Assembly (NCBI GenBank): GCA_002269645.1
Contig: NIVC01001874.1
Coordinates: 163,038 to 227,037 of the forward strand
DNA: 64,000 nt
Reading direction: 5' to 3'
DNA from: Macrostomum lignano
Lineage: Eukaryota
Positions 1-11,974 of the stretch are shown piece by piece. A program made the position numbers and the translations under genes. The notes under the pieces are model-generated. The model ran no database searches and was not told the origin of the DNA. It saw only the letters and a list, made by a program, of their open reading frames with translations. How positions within the stretch are numbered: position 1 is the first letter of the stretch; each line of letters starts with the position of its first letter.

Positions 1-1047
1 GAGGGAATTCACTGGCTGGAGATTGGGGAGGCCGATTCTCAATGGGGAATCTGAGAGGGAATTCACTGGCTGGAGATTGGGGAGGCCGATTCTCAATGGG
101 GAATCTGAGAGGGAATTCACTGGCTGGAGATTGGGGAGGCCGATTCTCAATGGGGAATCTGAGAGGGAATTCACTGGCTGGAGATTGGGGGGACCTATTC
201 TCAATGGGGAATCTGAGAGGGAATTCACTGGCTGGAGATTGGGGAGGCCGATTCTCAATGGGGAATCTGAGAGGGAATTCACTGGCTGGAGATTGGGGAG
301 GCCGATTCTCAATGGGGAATCTGAGAGGGAATTCACTGGCTGGAGATTGGGGAGGCCGATTCTCAATAGGGAATCTGAGAGGGAATTCACCGGCTGGAGA
401 TTGGGAGGCCGATTCTCAATGGGGAATCTGAGAGGGAATTCACCGGCTGGAGATTGGGGAAGCCAATTCTCAATGGGGAATCTGAGAGGGAATTCACCGG
501 CTGGAGATTGGGAAGGCCGATTCTCAATGGGGAATCTGAGAGGGAATTCACCGGCTGGAGATTGGGGAGGCCGATTCTCAATGGGGAATCTGAGAGGGAA
601 TTCACCGGCTGGAGATTGGGGAAGCCAATTCTCAATGGGGAATCTGAGAGGGAATTCACCGGCTGGAGATTGGGGAGGCCGATTCTCAATGGGGAATCTG
701 AGAGGGAATTCACCGGCTGGAGATTGGGGAAGCCAATTCTCAATGGGGAATCTGAGAGGGAATTCACCGGCTGGAGATTGGGGAGGCCGATTCTCAATGG
801 GGAATCTGAGAGGGAATTCACAGGCTGGAGATTGGGAGGCCGATTCTCAATGGGGAATCTGAGAGGGAATTCACCGGCTGGAGATTGGGAAGCCAATTCT
901 TAATGGGGAATCTGAGAGGAAATTAACCGGCTGGAGATTGGGGAGGCCGATTCTCAATGGGGAATCTGAGAGGGAATTCACCGGCTGGAGATTGGGAGGC
1001 CGATTCTCAATAGGGAATCTGAGAGGGAATTCACCGGCTGGAGATTG
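1..1047. repeat. 54-bp minisatellite (about 19 units) inside a DNAJC5 intron; runs off the left edge
   Basis: Unit GAGGGAATTCACTGGCTGGAGATTGGGGAGGCCGATTCTCAATGGGGAATCTGA recurs at positions 1, 55 and onward; it explains the 18-aa periodic ORFs at 23-903. Confidence 0.97.
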
Positions 1048-1129
1048 GGGGAGGGGTCGATGGGGATTGGGATTTTTGACTGCGATTTCGGTTCTGAGCA
1101 AGGCAACAGGTGAAAAGCCCGAAAGTTAC

Positions 1130-2747
1130 CTTGCAGCAGGGATGACTCAGCACAAAGTAAGCGTTGACATTGTCCTCCCCGAACTGTGACGCGATGTGCA
1201 GCCCCATGGAGCCGTACTTGTCATAGATGCTCTTCTTTGTCTCATCGCTGAGAACCCGGTTGGCTCGGTTGATCTCTTTGAACTGTAAAGTTAATAGGGC
1301 GACTGGACAGTTATCTACTGATGAGTAGGTAGATTAGTAGATTTCGAAAAGTAGTAGATCAGCAGACTGCCGCTACCAGCCCTTGCAGAATAGCTATGCA
1401 ATATGGGTATGATGACAGACTGCCACTTTACATTGGCTACTACCTAAGGAATGGCCAATAAAATTACTAACACCAATAAATCAAAATAAATAATGAAATT
1501 CTGCATACCCTATCAGCTGATGCTGGATCGGGATTCTTGTCTGGGTGATACTGCAATGCCAGCTGGAATATTGACAAGGGTTAATTATATATTTGTATAC
1601 TTATATACACATACCTATACATAAGCAAATTTGACAAATAAATTAATAGCAAACCTTTCTATAGGCCTTTTTAATCTGTTCCGGAGTTGCATCCTTCTGC
1701 AGGCCCAGTACCTGATATAGGCTTTCACCAGTTGTCCTATAGAAATGTAAGAAATGAATGACAGTTTGATACATATCATATTTTCTTTATTTAAGAAGAC
1801 TATTGCAGCTCCTCAATCCCTTAGCAGGTTACCCTCTCTTTTGTTCCTTAGCTAGCTGTCCCATTTTAAGTCCTTTAACAAGCTGCCCTAGATGAAGCAA
1901 AGATTTATTAAAGGTTTTAATTAAGCCTAGTCTAAAGGCTTGCTTATACTATTATCAAACAAGGCCAAAATTGGTATGATAATATGCCTTATAGCTTATA
2001 TAAGTACATAAACTTTCATTCCATGTAAGTGACTTATTAGTATACTATTAGTATGATTTAATGGCAATATGAATTGGCCTACTTATAAGTCATTTAAGAT
2101 CAAGACTTAGAATTAAAGAATGACTATTTTAATTATATAATTTATTTTAGTCTATTTTTATCAAAAAAATTATATCATTACCTATGTTAACCTTATATAT
2201 AGCTATCATTATACATATATTTTATTTAGTCTAAATTGAGAGTTTTTAAGTAGTTTAATATTCAGGCAAATAATTAAAAGTAAATACTTTAGTTAATTAA
2301 AAACCTTTTATTAATTAAATTTTCTTAATTAATAACTTTATTATAATAGCTTAATTTATTTACTTAATTTTTTTTCAAGAAAATTATTTACTATAGATTT
2401 ATAGTATATTTCAAATCATTGCTTCTTTATACTTAAAAGTGATAATTACCATTTGTCAATGTATATTTAGCAACATTCAAAACCGCCACCTTGCTTAGAC
2501 ATACATAGTATACCAAAGTGAAAGTAAGAAACCTTTCATCATTACAGTATTTTTTTCTGAAGTCAATCGCTCTGCCAATTTCCAAGGGTGGCGGGTTTGA
2601 CTGTTGCTGAGTGTATATAAGTTATGAATATCTATTGTGAAAATGAAACCCGCCAGTTATAATAATATGAACTATGAGTCAATCCCAAAAATCCTATGCT
2701 TACGAGAGCTTTCGTCCTCCATCACGCTCTGATGGCCCAGATGCCAT
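1130..2747 (-). CDS. DNAJC5: DnaJ homolog subfamily C member 5 (cysteine string protein), 5' four coding exons; the rest lies beyond the left edge
   Basis: Exons 2747-2704, 1736-1655, 1562-1509 and 1282-1130, all GT-AG and in phase. They give [111 protein letters not shown]: a J-domain with HPD plus the CSP-specific linker YDKYGSxGLxxAxQFGExNV. Missed by the ORF track. Confidence 0.93.
2464..2613. mobile_element. 150-bp MITE, Tc1/mariner-like (TA target duplication), in DNAJC5 intron 1
   Basis: Imperfect terminal inverted repeats of about 30 bp (2464-2493 TATTTAGCAACATTCAAAACCGCCACCTTG; reverse complement of 2583-2613 CACTCAGCAACAGTCAAACCCGCCACCCTTG), flanked by TA at 2462-2463 and 2614-2615. 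Confidence 0.6.
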
Positions 2748-4352
2748 CAAATATTTGCTTAGTTTTCTAACTGCAATCGACACGTAGCACAAAGATTAGT
2801 AGTAGAGAAACCAAGATCCGAAACAACTCATCTCCCCGCGTCTTCCCAGGACGGCTTGGTCTTTGGACCAAAATAGTAGTATTGATTTTATGAACTATAC
2901 AGTTCAATTTTCAATTTTTTATTACACAACGGCAACTGATAGAACGTTTTATATAATTTATATCAGCATTAGCAATGTATGTCTTGTATTGTAACAGATT
3001 ATGACTTGCGAGCAACAATAACGGAGCTTTCTAAGAAACTAATACGTTTTAAAAACTCTTTTCATAATAACAAGTTCTTAAATAATTATTTCAGTGGTCC
3101 AGAAACGGTCATGATGGCTTTTAGAATTAAAGCAGCAATCGATTTTAAAAACTGCATTTGTGAATACTACTTATCAAAATATCAAAAGTCATTACCTACA
3201 GTGGAGTCATGTCAGGATACAGTCGATCCTTTGCCCAGATTTTTTTTCTTGAAGGATTGCAAGAGGGTCCCATTAAATTTTCGTCAAACCCCCTACACCC
3301 CCTTTGGGCTTTGACACACACCGGGATCTGTCCCTCCGCCCTAATCCAATTTCTGGTTGCTAGATTTATTTTTGCCACAAAACCAATTCTTTGGTGTGTA
3401 CATGTAACCACAATTTTTTTCACATGTCAAATTAAAGGCTATTTTTTCATCAAATAGCTGCAAATTACACAAGTTTAAACATTGCAGTGGCTTCAAAAAT
3501 CATGCATGTGGCAGTTCCACACCTAAAAAGGATCAACAATTGTACCATTTCAATCTTTAATTTTCTGAAAGAAACTCCCAAGACGCATGGCTAAAGAATC
3601 AAAAAGACTTTTGAATACATCGTTAATAAAGCATTCTTTAATAAAAGTACAAAACTACATGTACATTACTTTACTCTACTTATAGATATATAGCTAGATA
3701 CATGTATTTAAAAACAAAAAACTTTTTAACTCGTGTAAGCGAAGTAACCCGAGAACAAAAACAGTAGTATATATACTTCCTCGTAACTGTTTACTGTTGC
3801 GAGTATGCAGTACACCCCTATTATTTCTTAGTTTAGTTTCCATCATGTAAGCATAGACTGTATCTATTTGTTTACATGTACATGAGTCAATAATTGTAAA
3901 CGAGTAAATGACGATAATTAATAAATTCGATAGAAAATTCAAACTCAGAATTTTACCCTAAGTTTCCCATATATAAGCTTAAATATATCAATAGCTTCCG
4001 CCATTCTGACTGTACCTGTTGTACACGTTCTCCGATAGTGTCAAGTGTGCCTTAAAGCCTAGCTATAACCCAGCCTGTCAGCTTGCGCCCAGAAAAGAAT
4101 AGATACATGTACATTATAGGGTCTGGCGAGAGTACACTTGTTGACCGAGTGAAGACAGCCGTGTTCTTCTATCGCACAAATGTACGCAGGCAGAACACGA
4201 GAGGAGGGGAGCTGGGTGAGAAGAATGAGAGGCTGCTTTATTTCTGCTAGAAGACAAAGCACATAGTCCTTTTTTGCTGCTCTTTCAGCATGCAGGGACT
4301 CCTAAAGGTAAAAAGGTAATTAGACTCTGAAAGACAGAGCCAAAGCAGACCG

Positions 4353-7300
4353 ATGTCAGACTGGGCCGAGGCCGTTTTGACCGGCCAATTCAATGCAGAA
4401 ATTTCAACGCTGCTCCTTCCGGGTGCGCTGCTGCTCGCCCCCCTGCTGGTGCTACTGGAGCTCACAAACTGGCGCCGCAGGCTGCTGGACCTGTGCTTGG
4501 CATTCCAGCGCGATGCCTTCTACCACCTGGCCAGCCTTGACAGGCCGTCTGTGACGCCAGCGGCAGCCGCCGACGTTTTAGCCGCCTTCGAGTCCACAGC
4601 TGCCGCCCTGCCGGACAAGGCCTGCTTCATCGCCGACGAAGAGGTCTGGAGCTTCGGCCTGGTGGCCGATCTGGCGACCCGGCTGGCCACCTACTTGGCC
4701 CGCCGCCTGCCCACCGGGGCGGCTGTCGGGGTCGCCGTCCGGCCCTCGGCATTGCACGCCGCTCTGTGGCTGGGAGCCGCCAAGGCCGGGTGCCTGGCCG
4801 TTCTCCTCGATCCCGACGACCCGGGAGACGCCGACGCCGACGCCTGCATGCGGCGCAGGCGACTTCGCCGACTATCCGTCCTGGTCTACGAGGCTGACGC
4901 GGAGACGGCGCTGCTGTCGGCACTGCCGATGCTGCGCCACCTCCGGCTGCTGCTCAGCTGCCACGGCGAGCCCGATAGGCCGCCACGTCTGCCCGGAGCT
5001 CTTCGCCTCGAGGCCGAGCTGCTGGCCGAGACGGAGAATCCGTCCCCGATGCCTCTGCTGCCGCGCCAGCCGGACCACCGGGCCCCGCTGTTGGTCGCCA
5101 CTGAGGCTGGGCGGCAGCTGGCGCTGACGCACGCCGACTATCTTCAAATAGCCGCTCTGCCCCGCCTGCTGCTCGAGCTGGGCCGGGAGGACGTGCTGTA
5201 CATCTGCCAGCCGCTGCACACCGCGCTGGCCACGGCTGCCGGCGTCGGGCTGGCCATCACCGAAGGCGCCACCTGCGTCTTGCGGAGCGACTGCTCACCG
5301 ATTGGCTACTGGACTGACTGCGCAAGGTAGGGGCTGAGGCTCAGAGTGCGGATTAGATACCTGGACTGCCAGGTGGGGCTGGGGCTCAGAGTGGACTGTT
5401 ACTCCTAAATCAATTTAGATGTCCTTGAGCCTGATAAGCGAAGGTACCGCAACTCATCGGCAGGCACGGCTGCACCGCTGGCCTGTACGATGCCGCCCTG
5501 GCCGCCGAGCTGGTCCGGCGACCCGGCCGCCCCACCGACAGGCTGCACTCGACCACCCGACTGCTGGGCCGAGGCCTGCCAACCGGCGGTCGCCAGCAGC
5601 TCGTAGAGCGGTTCGGCCTCGACGAGGTTGTCGAACTCGGCGGCGCCTGCGCCGGTGCGCCGGCTTTCCTAGCCAGCGACAACGCCGCCGGGAGCGCCGA
5701 CTGCGGCGCCAACCGGGTGTCGGTGGGCTTCCGGCCGCTTTGGCTGCCCGGCCGAGCGCCCGTACGGCTGCTGCGGCTGTCGGCGGACTCTGGCTTGCCG
5801 GACTGGGACTGCCGAGCCGGCTGCAGGGAGGGCGACTCCGTTCTCCCGCTGTTCCCCAACGATGGCGCCTTGTCGGTGGCGACTGCTGCTGAGCGGCCCA
5901 ACCGGCTAGCGGGGGTTTTCCAGCCGGGCGACGACTATCGGCACTGGCTGGGCGGCCCGCTGACCGTGGGGCGGCTGGGCAACCTGACGGAGTCGCCGGA
6001 TGAGGCGCCGCCGGTTCACCAGGGCCGATACTGGCTGCCGGGGAAGAAGTCAGCCAGAGCAGAGGTAAGCATTTTGGTATCAGATCCTCGCCCACCTTAA
6101 TCTCCGCTCCTCATCCACCTTAACCTCCGCTCCTCACCCACCTTAACCTCCGCTCCTCACCCACCTTAACCTCCGCTCCTCTCCCACCTTAATCTCCGCT
6201 TCTCACCCACCTTAATCTCCGCTCCTCACCCACCTTAATCTCCGCTCCTCACCCACCTTAATCTCCGCTCCTCACCCACCTTAATCTCCGCTCCTCACCC
6301 ACCTTAATCTCCGCTCCTCTCCCACCTTAATCTCCGCTCCTCACCCACCTTAATCTCCGCTTCTCACCTCTCTTAATCTCCGCTCCTCACCCCCCTTAAT
6401 CTCCGCTCCTCACCCACCTTAATCTCCGCTCCTCACCCACCTTAATCTCCGCTCCTCACCTACCTTAATCTCCGCTCCTCACCCACCTTAATCTCCGCTC
6501 CTCACCTACCCTAATCTCCGCTTCTCACCCAACTTAATCTCCGCTCCTCACCCACCTTAATCTCCGCTCCTCACCCACCTTAATCTCCGCTCCTCACCCA
6601 CCTTAATCTCCGCTCCTCACCCACCTTAATCTCCGCTCCTCTCCCACCTTAATCTCCGCTCCTCACCCACCTTAATCTCCGCTTCTCACCTCTCTTAATC
6701 TCCGCTCCTCACCCCCCCTTAATCTCCGCTCCTCACCCACCTTAATCTCCGCTCCTCACCCACCTTAATCTCCGCTCCTCACCTACCTTAATCTCCGCTC
6801 CTCACCCACCTTAATCTCCGCTCCTCACCCACCTTAATCTCCGCTCCTCACCCACCTTAATCTCCACTCCTCACCCACCTTAACCTCCGCTCCTCTCCCA
6901 CCTTAATCTCCGCTCCTCACCCACCTTAATCTCCGCTCCTCACCCACCTTAACCTCCGCTCCTCTCCCACCTTAACCTCAGCTACTCTCCCACCTTAATC
7001 TCCGCTCCTCACCCACCTTAACCTCCGCTCCTCACCCACCTTAATCTCCGCTCCTCACATACCTTAATCTCCGCTCCTCACCCACCTTAATCTCCGCTCC
7101 TCACCTACCCTAATCTCCGCTTCTCACCCAACTTAATCTCCGCTTCTCACCCACCTTAATCTCCGCTCCTCACCCACCTTAATCTCCGCTCCTCACCCAC
7201 CTTAATCTCCGCTCCTCACCCACCTTAATCTCCGCTCCTCACCCACCTTAATCTCCGCTCCTCTCCCACCTTAATCTCCGCTCCTCACCCACCTTAATCT

Positions 7301-8159
7301 CCGCTTCTCACCTCTCTTAATCTCCGCTCCTCACCCCCCTTAATCTCCGCTCCTCACCCACCTTAATCTCCGCTCCTCACCCACCTTAATCTCCGCTCCT
7401 CACCTACCTTAATCTCCGCTCCTCACCCACCTTAATCTCCGCTCCTCACCCACCTTAATCTCCGCTCCTCACCCACCTTAATCTCCACTCCTCACCCACC
7501 TTAACCTCCGCTCCTCTCCCACCTTAATCTCCGCTCCTCACCCACCTTAATCTCCGCTCCTCACCCACCTTAACCTCCGCTCCTCTCCCACCTTAACCTC
7601 CGCTCCTCTCCCACCTTAATCTCCGCTCCTCACCCACCTTAACCTCCGCTCCTCACCCACCTTAATCTCCGCTCCTCACCCACCTCAATCTCCGCTCCTC
7701 ACCCACCTTAATCTCCGCTCCTCACCCACCTTAATCTCCGCTCCTCACACACAGCTGCAGTCAATCCTATCTAACCTGCTGCCGGAATGCGGCGGCCGCT
7801 GCCAGCTGTCCTGCATCGCTGCCCAGCCGCAGGACGATGGTCATCTGGCCGCCGGCGAGGTCGCCTACACGGTGCCCAGCCGAGACAGTCTGAACCTGCC
7901 GCCTGAGGCGGACAGCGGCGACCTTGAAGACTTCTGCCGCCAGCAGCTCGGCCGCCGAATCAAGCGCGCGTTCGAGTCCCGATTGCCCTGCTACGCCAGG
8001 CCGCGGGTGGTTCGAATCGGCACCGCCGACGGTGACGTCATCGGCCAGTACGAAGTCTGCCCCGACTCTGGCGACCTGCTTGATCTGAGCGACGCCGACT
8101 ATCGACTGCTGCGGAAGGACCTGCGCCGGCTGTGGCGCTCGACTGACCATAGCGACTGA
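4353..8159 (+). CDS. Divergent fatty-acid transport protein / very-long-chain acyl-CoA synthetase (SLC27/FATP family), about 659 aa, predicted catalytically inactive
   Basis: Exons 4353-5326, 5464-6064 and 7755-8159 (GT-AG, in phase; start codon tentative). FATP landmarks: N-terminal hydrophobic segment, PDKACFIA..WSF, LWLGAAKAG, DVLYICQPLH, YWTDCAR|HGCT, ERFGLDEVVEL, AE|LQSILSNLL, LPCYARP. Confidence 0.8.
6090..7748. repeat. 23-bp minisatellite (about 72 units) filling FATP intron 2
   Basis: Unit CCTTAATCTCCGCTCCTCACCCA; starts about 25 bp after the donor and ends about 5 bp before the acceptor. Confidence 0.97.
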
Positions 8160-8560
8160 ATTATGTGCATTTTAGTAGCCCGTAACAATACTCAATACAA
8201 TAGCTATAGTTAAACCCAAATATATAAGTAGCTCTTGACTTAGGAAATCTTAATTGGAATCTGAAGGGTACCTACCAGTAAACTAGGATTTTAGCTCATA
8301 CAGTATTAATTTTTAAACTTCATTTCCTTGGTTGCTGCCCGCGCTCGCCCACCTACTCAGCAACTTCAATTTCTATATAAGGGAACAACTGTTCAATAAT
8401 CTTGATTTCAATTAGTTATCTTCAGAAGGCCTAAAGTGCATTTTTGGCGTCTTATCCCTGATTACAATATTTCAGGTGTTGTATTGTAACTTGAGAAGGC
8501 ATTTATGATCCAATTATCTAATTGTCAGTGAAGCAATTAAGTTTCGGGCCGACAGAGATA

Positions 8561-9878
8561 CGAGGGGTGATCAAAAAGTTCTGCAAGTGACCTCACAACT
8601 CTGTGCTACAGCACCCGAGGCGTCTAATCAGTGTCACATTCCCTAAAAGTACTTTCCACCACTATCTATGCACCGTCGCATCCGTGTGCACCATGTCTGA
8701 AAGCAGTCCTGGTACTCCGAAGTTGGTATACCCTGTAGAGCTGAATGTACCGCTTGGGCAAGGTCTTGCATGCGTGAAAACGGCCTCCCAGAAATGACGG
8801 ATTTGATCCTCGGGAACAGCCAAAAGTCGCAAGGTGCTAGGTCTAGAGAGTAGGATGGATGGGGCAGCAGCCGGACCCCCTGCTGCTCCAGGTACGCCAT
8901 GGTTGAGGCCGCTCTGTGCGGTGCCGCATTGTCATGATGCAGCAGGAGTCGAGGTCCATGTCTGGTTCGCGCACATTCCTGCCGCTCCTGCAGCACTCCT
9001 GGCAGAACAGTGTCTGTGTAGTACCTGGCAGTCACTGTGGCACCCGCTGGAAGGATGTTTACCGATACAACACCCTGAGAGTTGAAAAAAATGGTGAACA
9101 TCCGCTTCCGACTGCGGAATCCGGTCTTCAGCACCTCAGGCATTGGCTCATCTTCTGCCAGCCAGACCATGTTGGACTGCTTATCCTTCATGGTAAAAGA
9201 AGGAGATCCAACATTCGTCTCCTGTGATGACATCCGACAGTCGTCGTGGGCCGTGGGGCTCAAACATTTGCAGCCACAAGCGACAGTTGCGCACCCTCTC
9301 TGCTTGCTGCTCCGGAGTGAGAAGATGGGTACCCACCGAGCGCAGGTCTTTGTGCGGCCTAGTTGCTCATGCATGATGTTATGAGCACTTCCACAGCTGA
9401 CACCAAGCTCATAGGCAATGAATCTTAGCATAATGCTCCAATCCTCACGAATTATTGCATCGGCACGGGCCACGACATCTTCGGTCACGGATGTCCGGGG
9501 TCAGCCAGACCTCGGTTCATCGTTGAAGCTGTCCCAGCCTTCCAAGAAATGGCGCAGCCAGCGGGCAACCATGTCAAATGATGGAGCAGAGTCAGCTAAA
9601 ACATTCACCAGATCGGTGTGAATCTCAGTCACTTTGCAACCAAGTTGCATGCACATAAAGATATAGAAGCGAACACTGTCTTTTGTTGTTTCCATCAGCT
9701 ACTGAAAACACATGGAAAATATATGGCTGTGAAATTTTACTGGAGCACATTTGGAAGCCAAAAATGCATATAAATATAGCAAACAGATACAGCTGCATAT
9801 GTGTAAGTTTTTGGCTTTTCCCGATTCTATAACTAAAAGCTATAACAAAAGGTTGCAGAACTTTTTGATCACCCCTCG
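8561..9878 (-). mobile_element. Full-length (1318 bp) mariner DNA transposon, irritans/Hsmar2-like
   Basis: Perfect 26-bp TIRs CGAGGGGTGATCAAAAAGTTCTGCAA (8561-8586; reverse complement at 9853-9878), TA duplications at 8559-8560 and 9879-9880, and an internal transposase. The subfamily call rests on recalled similarity to the Hsmar2-type terminus CGAGGGGTCTTCAAAAAGTTC. Confidence 0.95.
8643..9695 (-). pseudogene. Mariner transposase (DD34D), disrupted
   Basis: Contains an HTH region, WVP, HDNA...YSLDLAPCDF with exactly 34 residues between the second and third Asp, and RCIDSGGKYF. There is an in-frame TGA at 9501-9503 (likely CGA>TGA). Two compensating 1-bp frameshifts put the first catalytic motif (ITGDECW) out of frame. 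Confidence 0.9.
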
Positions 9879-9978
9879 TAATTGCTTCAGGACGGCACAG
9901 AGGTCGTAAAAGATCAAAGGATGCCGCACATTATCTCGAATAGTTTTAATTGGCTAGTTTAATATAGAAAATAAATTA

Positions 9979-10640
9979 ATTTGTGACAGTGAATCGTCAC
10001 TGGCAGTCAATTTGTGACAGTGAATCGTCACTCGCAGTCAATTTGTGACAGTGAATCGTCACTGGCAGTCAATTTGTGACAGTGAATTGTCACTGGCAGT
10101 CAATTTGTGACAGTGAATCGTCACTGGCAGTCAATTTGTGACAGTGAATTGTCACTGGCAGTCAATTTGTGACAGTGAATTGTCACTGGCAGTCAATTTG
10201 TGACAGTGAATCGTCACTGGCAGTCAATTTGTGACAGTTAATTATCACTGGCAGTCGATTTGTGACAGTAAATCGTCACTGGCAGTCGATTTGTGACAGT
10301 AAATCGTCACTGGCAGTCGATTTGTGACAGTGAATTGTCACTGGCAGTCAATTTGTGACAGTGAATTATCACTGGCAGTCGATTTGTGACAGTAAATCGT
10401 CACTGGCAGTCAATTTGTGACAGTGAATTATCACTGGCAGTCGATTTGTGACAGTAAATCGTCACTGGCAGTCAATTTGTGACAGTGAATTATCACTGGC
10501 AGTCGATTTGTGACAGTAAATCGTCACTGGCAGTCGATTTGTGGCAGTAAATCGTCACTGGCAGTCAATTTGTGACAGTGAATTATCACTGGCAGTCGAT
10601 TTGTGACAGTGAATTGTCACTGGCAGCTAACTTGTGACAA
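9979..10640. repeat. 31-bp palindromic minisatellite (about 21 units)
   Basis: Unit TTTGTGACAGTGAAT(C/T)GTCACTGGCAGTCAA, with internal inverted repeats GTGAC..GTCAC and CAGTGA..TCACTG; no spacers. Confidence 0.95.
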
Positions 10641-11235
10641 TTTTTTCAGGTGCTCAGCTATTAATTTACAAATATATGAAAACAAAGACTTCGATGCAAA
10701 GAAAGCATTTAGTATTCTAAACGAATTCAGAACAAAAATAACCGCTTGACCATTAAATTCAAAACCAATGCTTGTGCCAATTCGAGCAAGTCAAAAAACT
10801 GTTATATTAAAGTAATGTAAAAATTCAGTAAGTTTTCATAAATATAACTATTATAATACAAGGGCAAAAAGCTACACAAGTGAAGGTGCTGTGCATCATT
10901 TTGTTAAATATATACTCGTATAGAGAAAGATGGTGGAAAACTGAAAGCTTACTACACAAAAATGACCTTCGCCAAATAAGCTACAGGCACCTAATAAATA
11001 TTTCGGCTGGTCCTAAAGTACACAGGGAAACACAGGTGAAAATGAGCTGCATCAGCTCAGCAGAGGCAGCAGTAGGGGCAGCAAAACTGGCATAGAAGAG
11101 GCCCTCGTGTGACAAAAAAAGATTATGGCCTAGCAGCATTGCACTGACCAGTAAAGTTAAGTTGAGGGATTGCCAAAAAGCGAAGAAAGCCAGAGTGACT
11201 CATGATTCATTGATGGTGGGATTCGGGAGGTCAAA

Positions 11236-11888
11236 TGCTCAAGTTGGGGATCTGTGAGGTTTCAATACTCAAATGGGGGATCTGTGAGGTTTCAATACTC
11301 AAATGGGGGATCTGTGAGGCCAAATACTCAAATGGGGGATCTGTGAGGTCAAATAATCAAATGGGGATCTGTGAGGTCAAATAATCAAATGGGGATCTGT
11401 GAGGTTTCAATACTCAAATGGGGGATCTGTGAGGTTTCAATACTCAAATGGGGGATCTGTGAGGTCAAATAATCAAATGGGGGATCTGTGAGGTCAAATA
11501 ATCAAATGGGGGATCTGTGAGGTTTCAATACTCAAATGGGAGATCTGTGAGGTTTCAATACTCAAATGGGGGATCTGTGAGGTCAAATACTCAAATGGGG
11601 GATCTGTGAGGCCAAATACTCAAATGGGGGATCTGTGAGGCCAAATACTCAAATGGGGGATCTGTGAGGTCAAATACTCAAATTGGGGATCTGTGAGGTC
11701 AAATACTCAAATTGGGGATCTGCGAGGTCAAATACTCAAATTGGGGATCTGCGAGGTTTCAATACTCAAATTGGGGATCTGTGAGGCCAAATAATCAAAT
11801 TGGGGATCTGTGAGGCCAAATAATCAAATTGGGGATCTGTGAGGCCAAATACTCAAATGGGAGATCTGTGAGGTTTCAATACTCAAAA
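11236..11888. repeat. 28-30-bp minisatellite (about 22 units) just 3' of the TIR gene
   Basis: Unit AAATGGGGGATCTGTGAGGT(TT)CAA(A)TACTC. Confidence 0.95.
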
Positions 11889-11974
11889 TAAGAATCTAGG
11901 AAGGTGAAGATGCAAAATGAGTATCTAGGAGGCTAAATACAAATCAAGCTGCTTAGCGGTCTACAATCAAAGCA

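Noticed and set aside
2979-4262. Short AT-rich ORFs between DNAJC5 and the FATP gene
   Set aside because: No homology cues, non-coding composition, no splice-consistent structure.
4627-6095. Arg/Pro-rich antisense and alternate-frame ORFs over FATP (similar ones overlap TIR, MGMT, NUDT16, POLR1C and ACADS)
   Set aside because: Shadow ORFs expected from GC-rich coding exons.
9979-10640. CRISPR array (31-bp palindromic repeats)
   Set aside because: No unique spacers, no cas genes, eukaryotic context.
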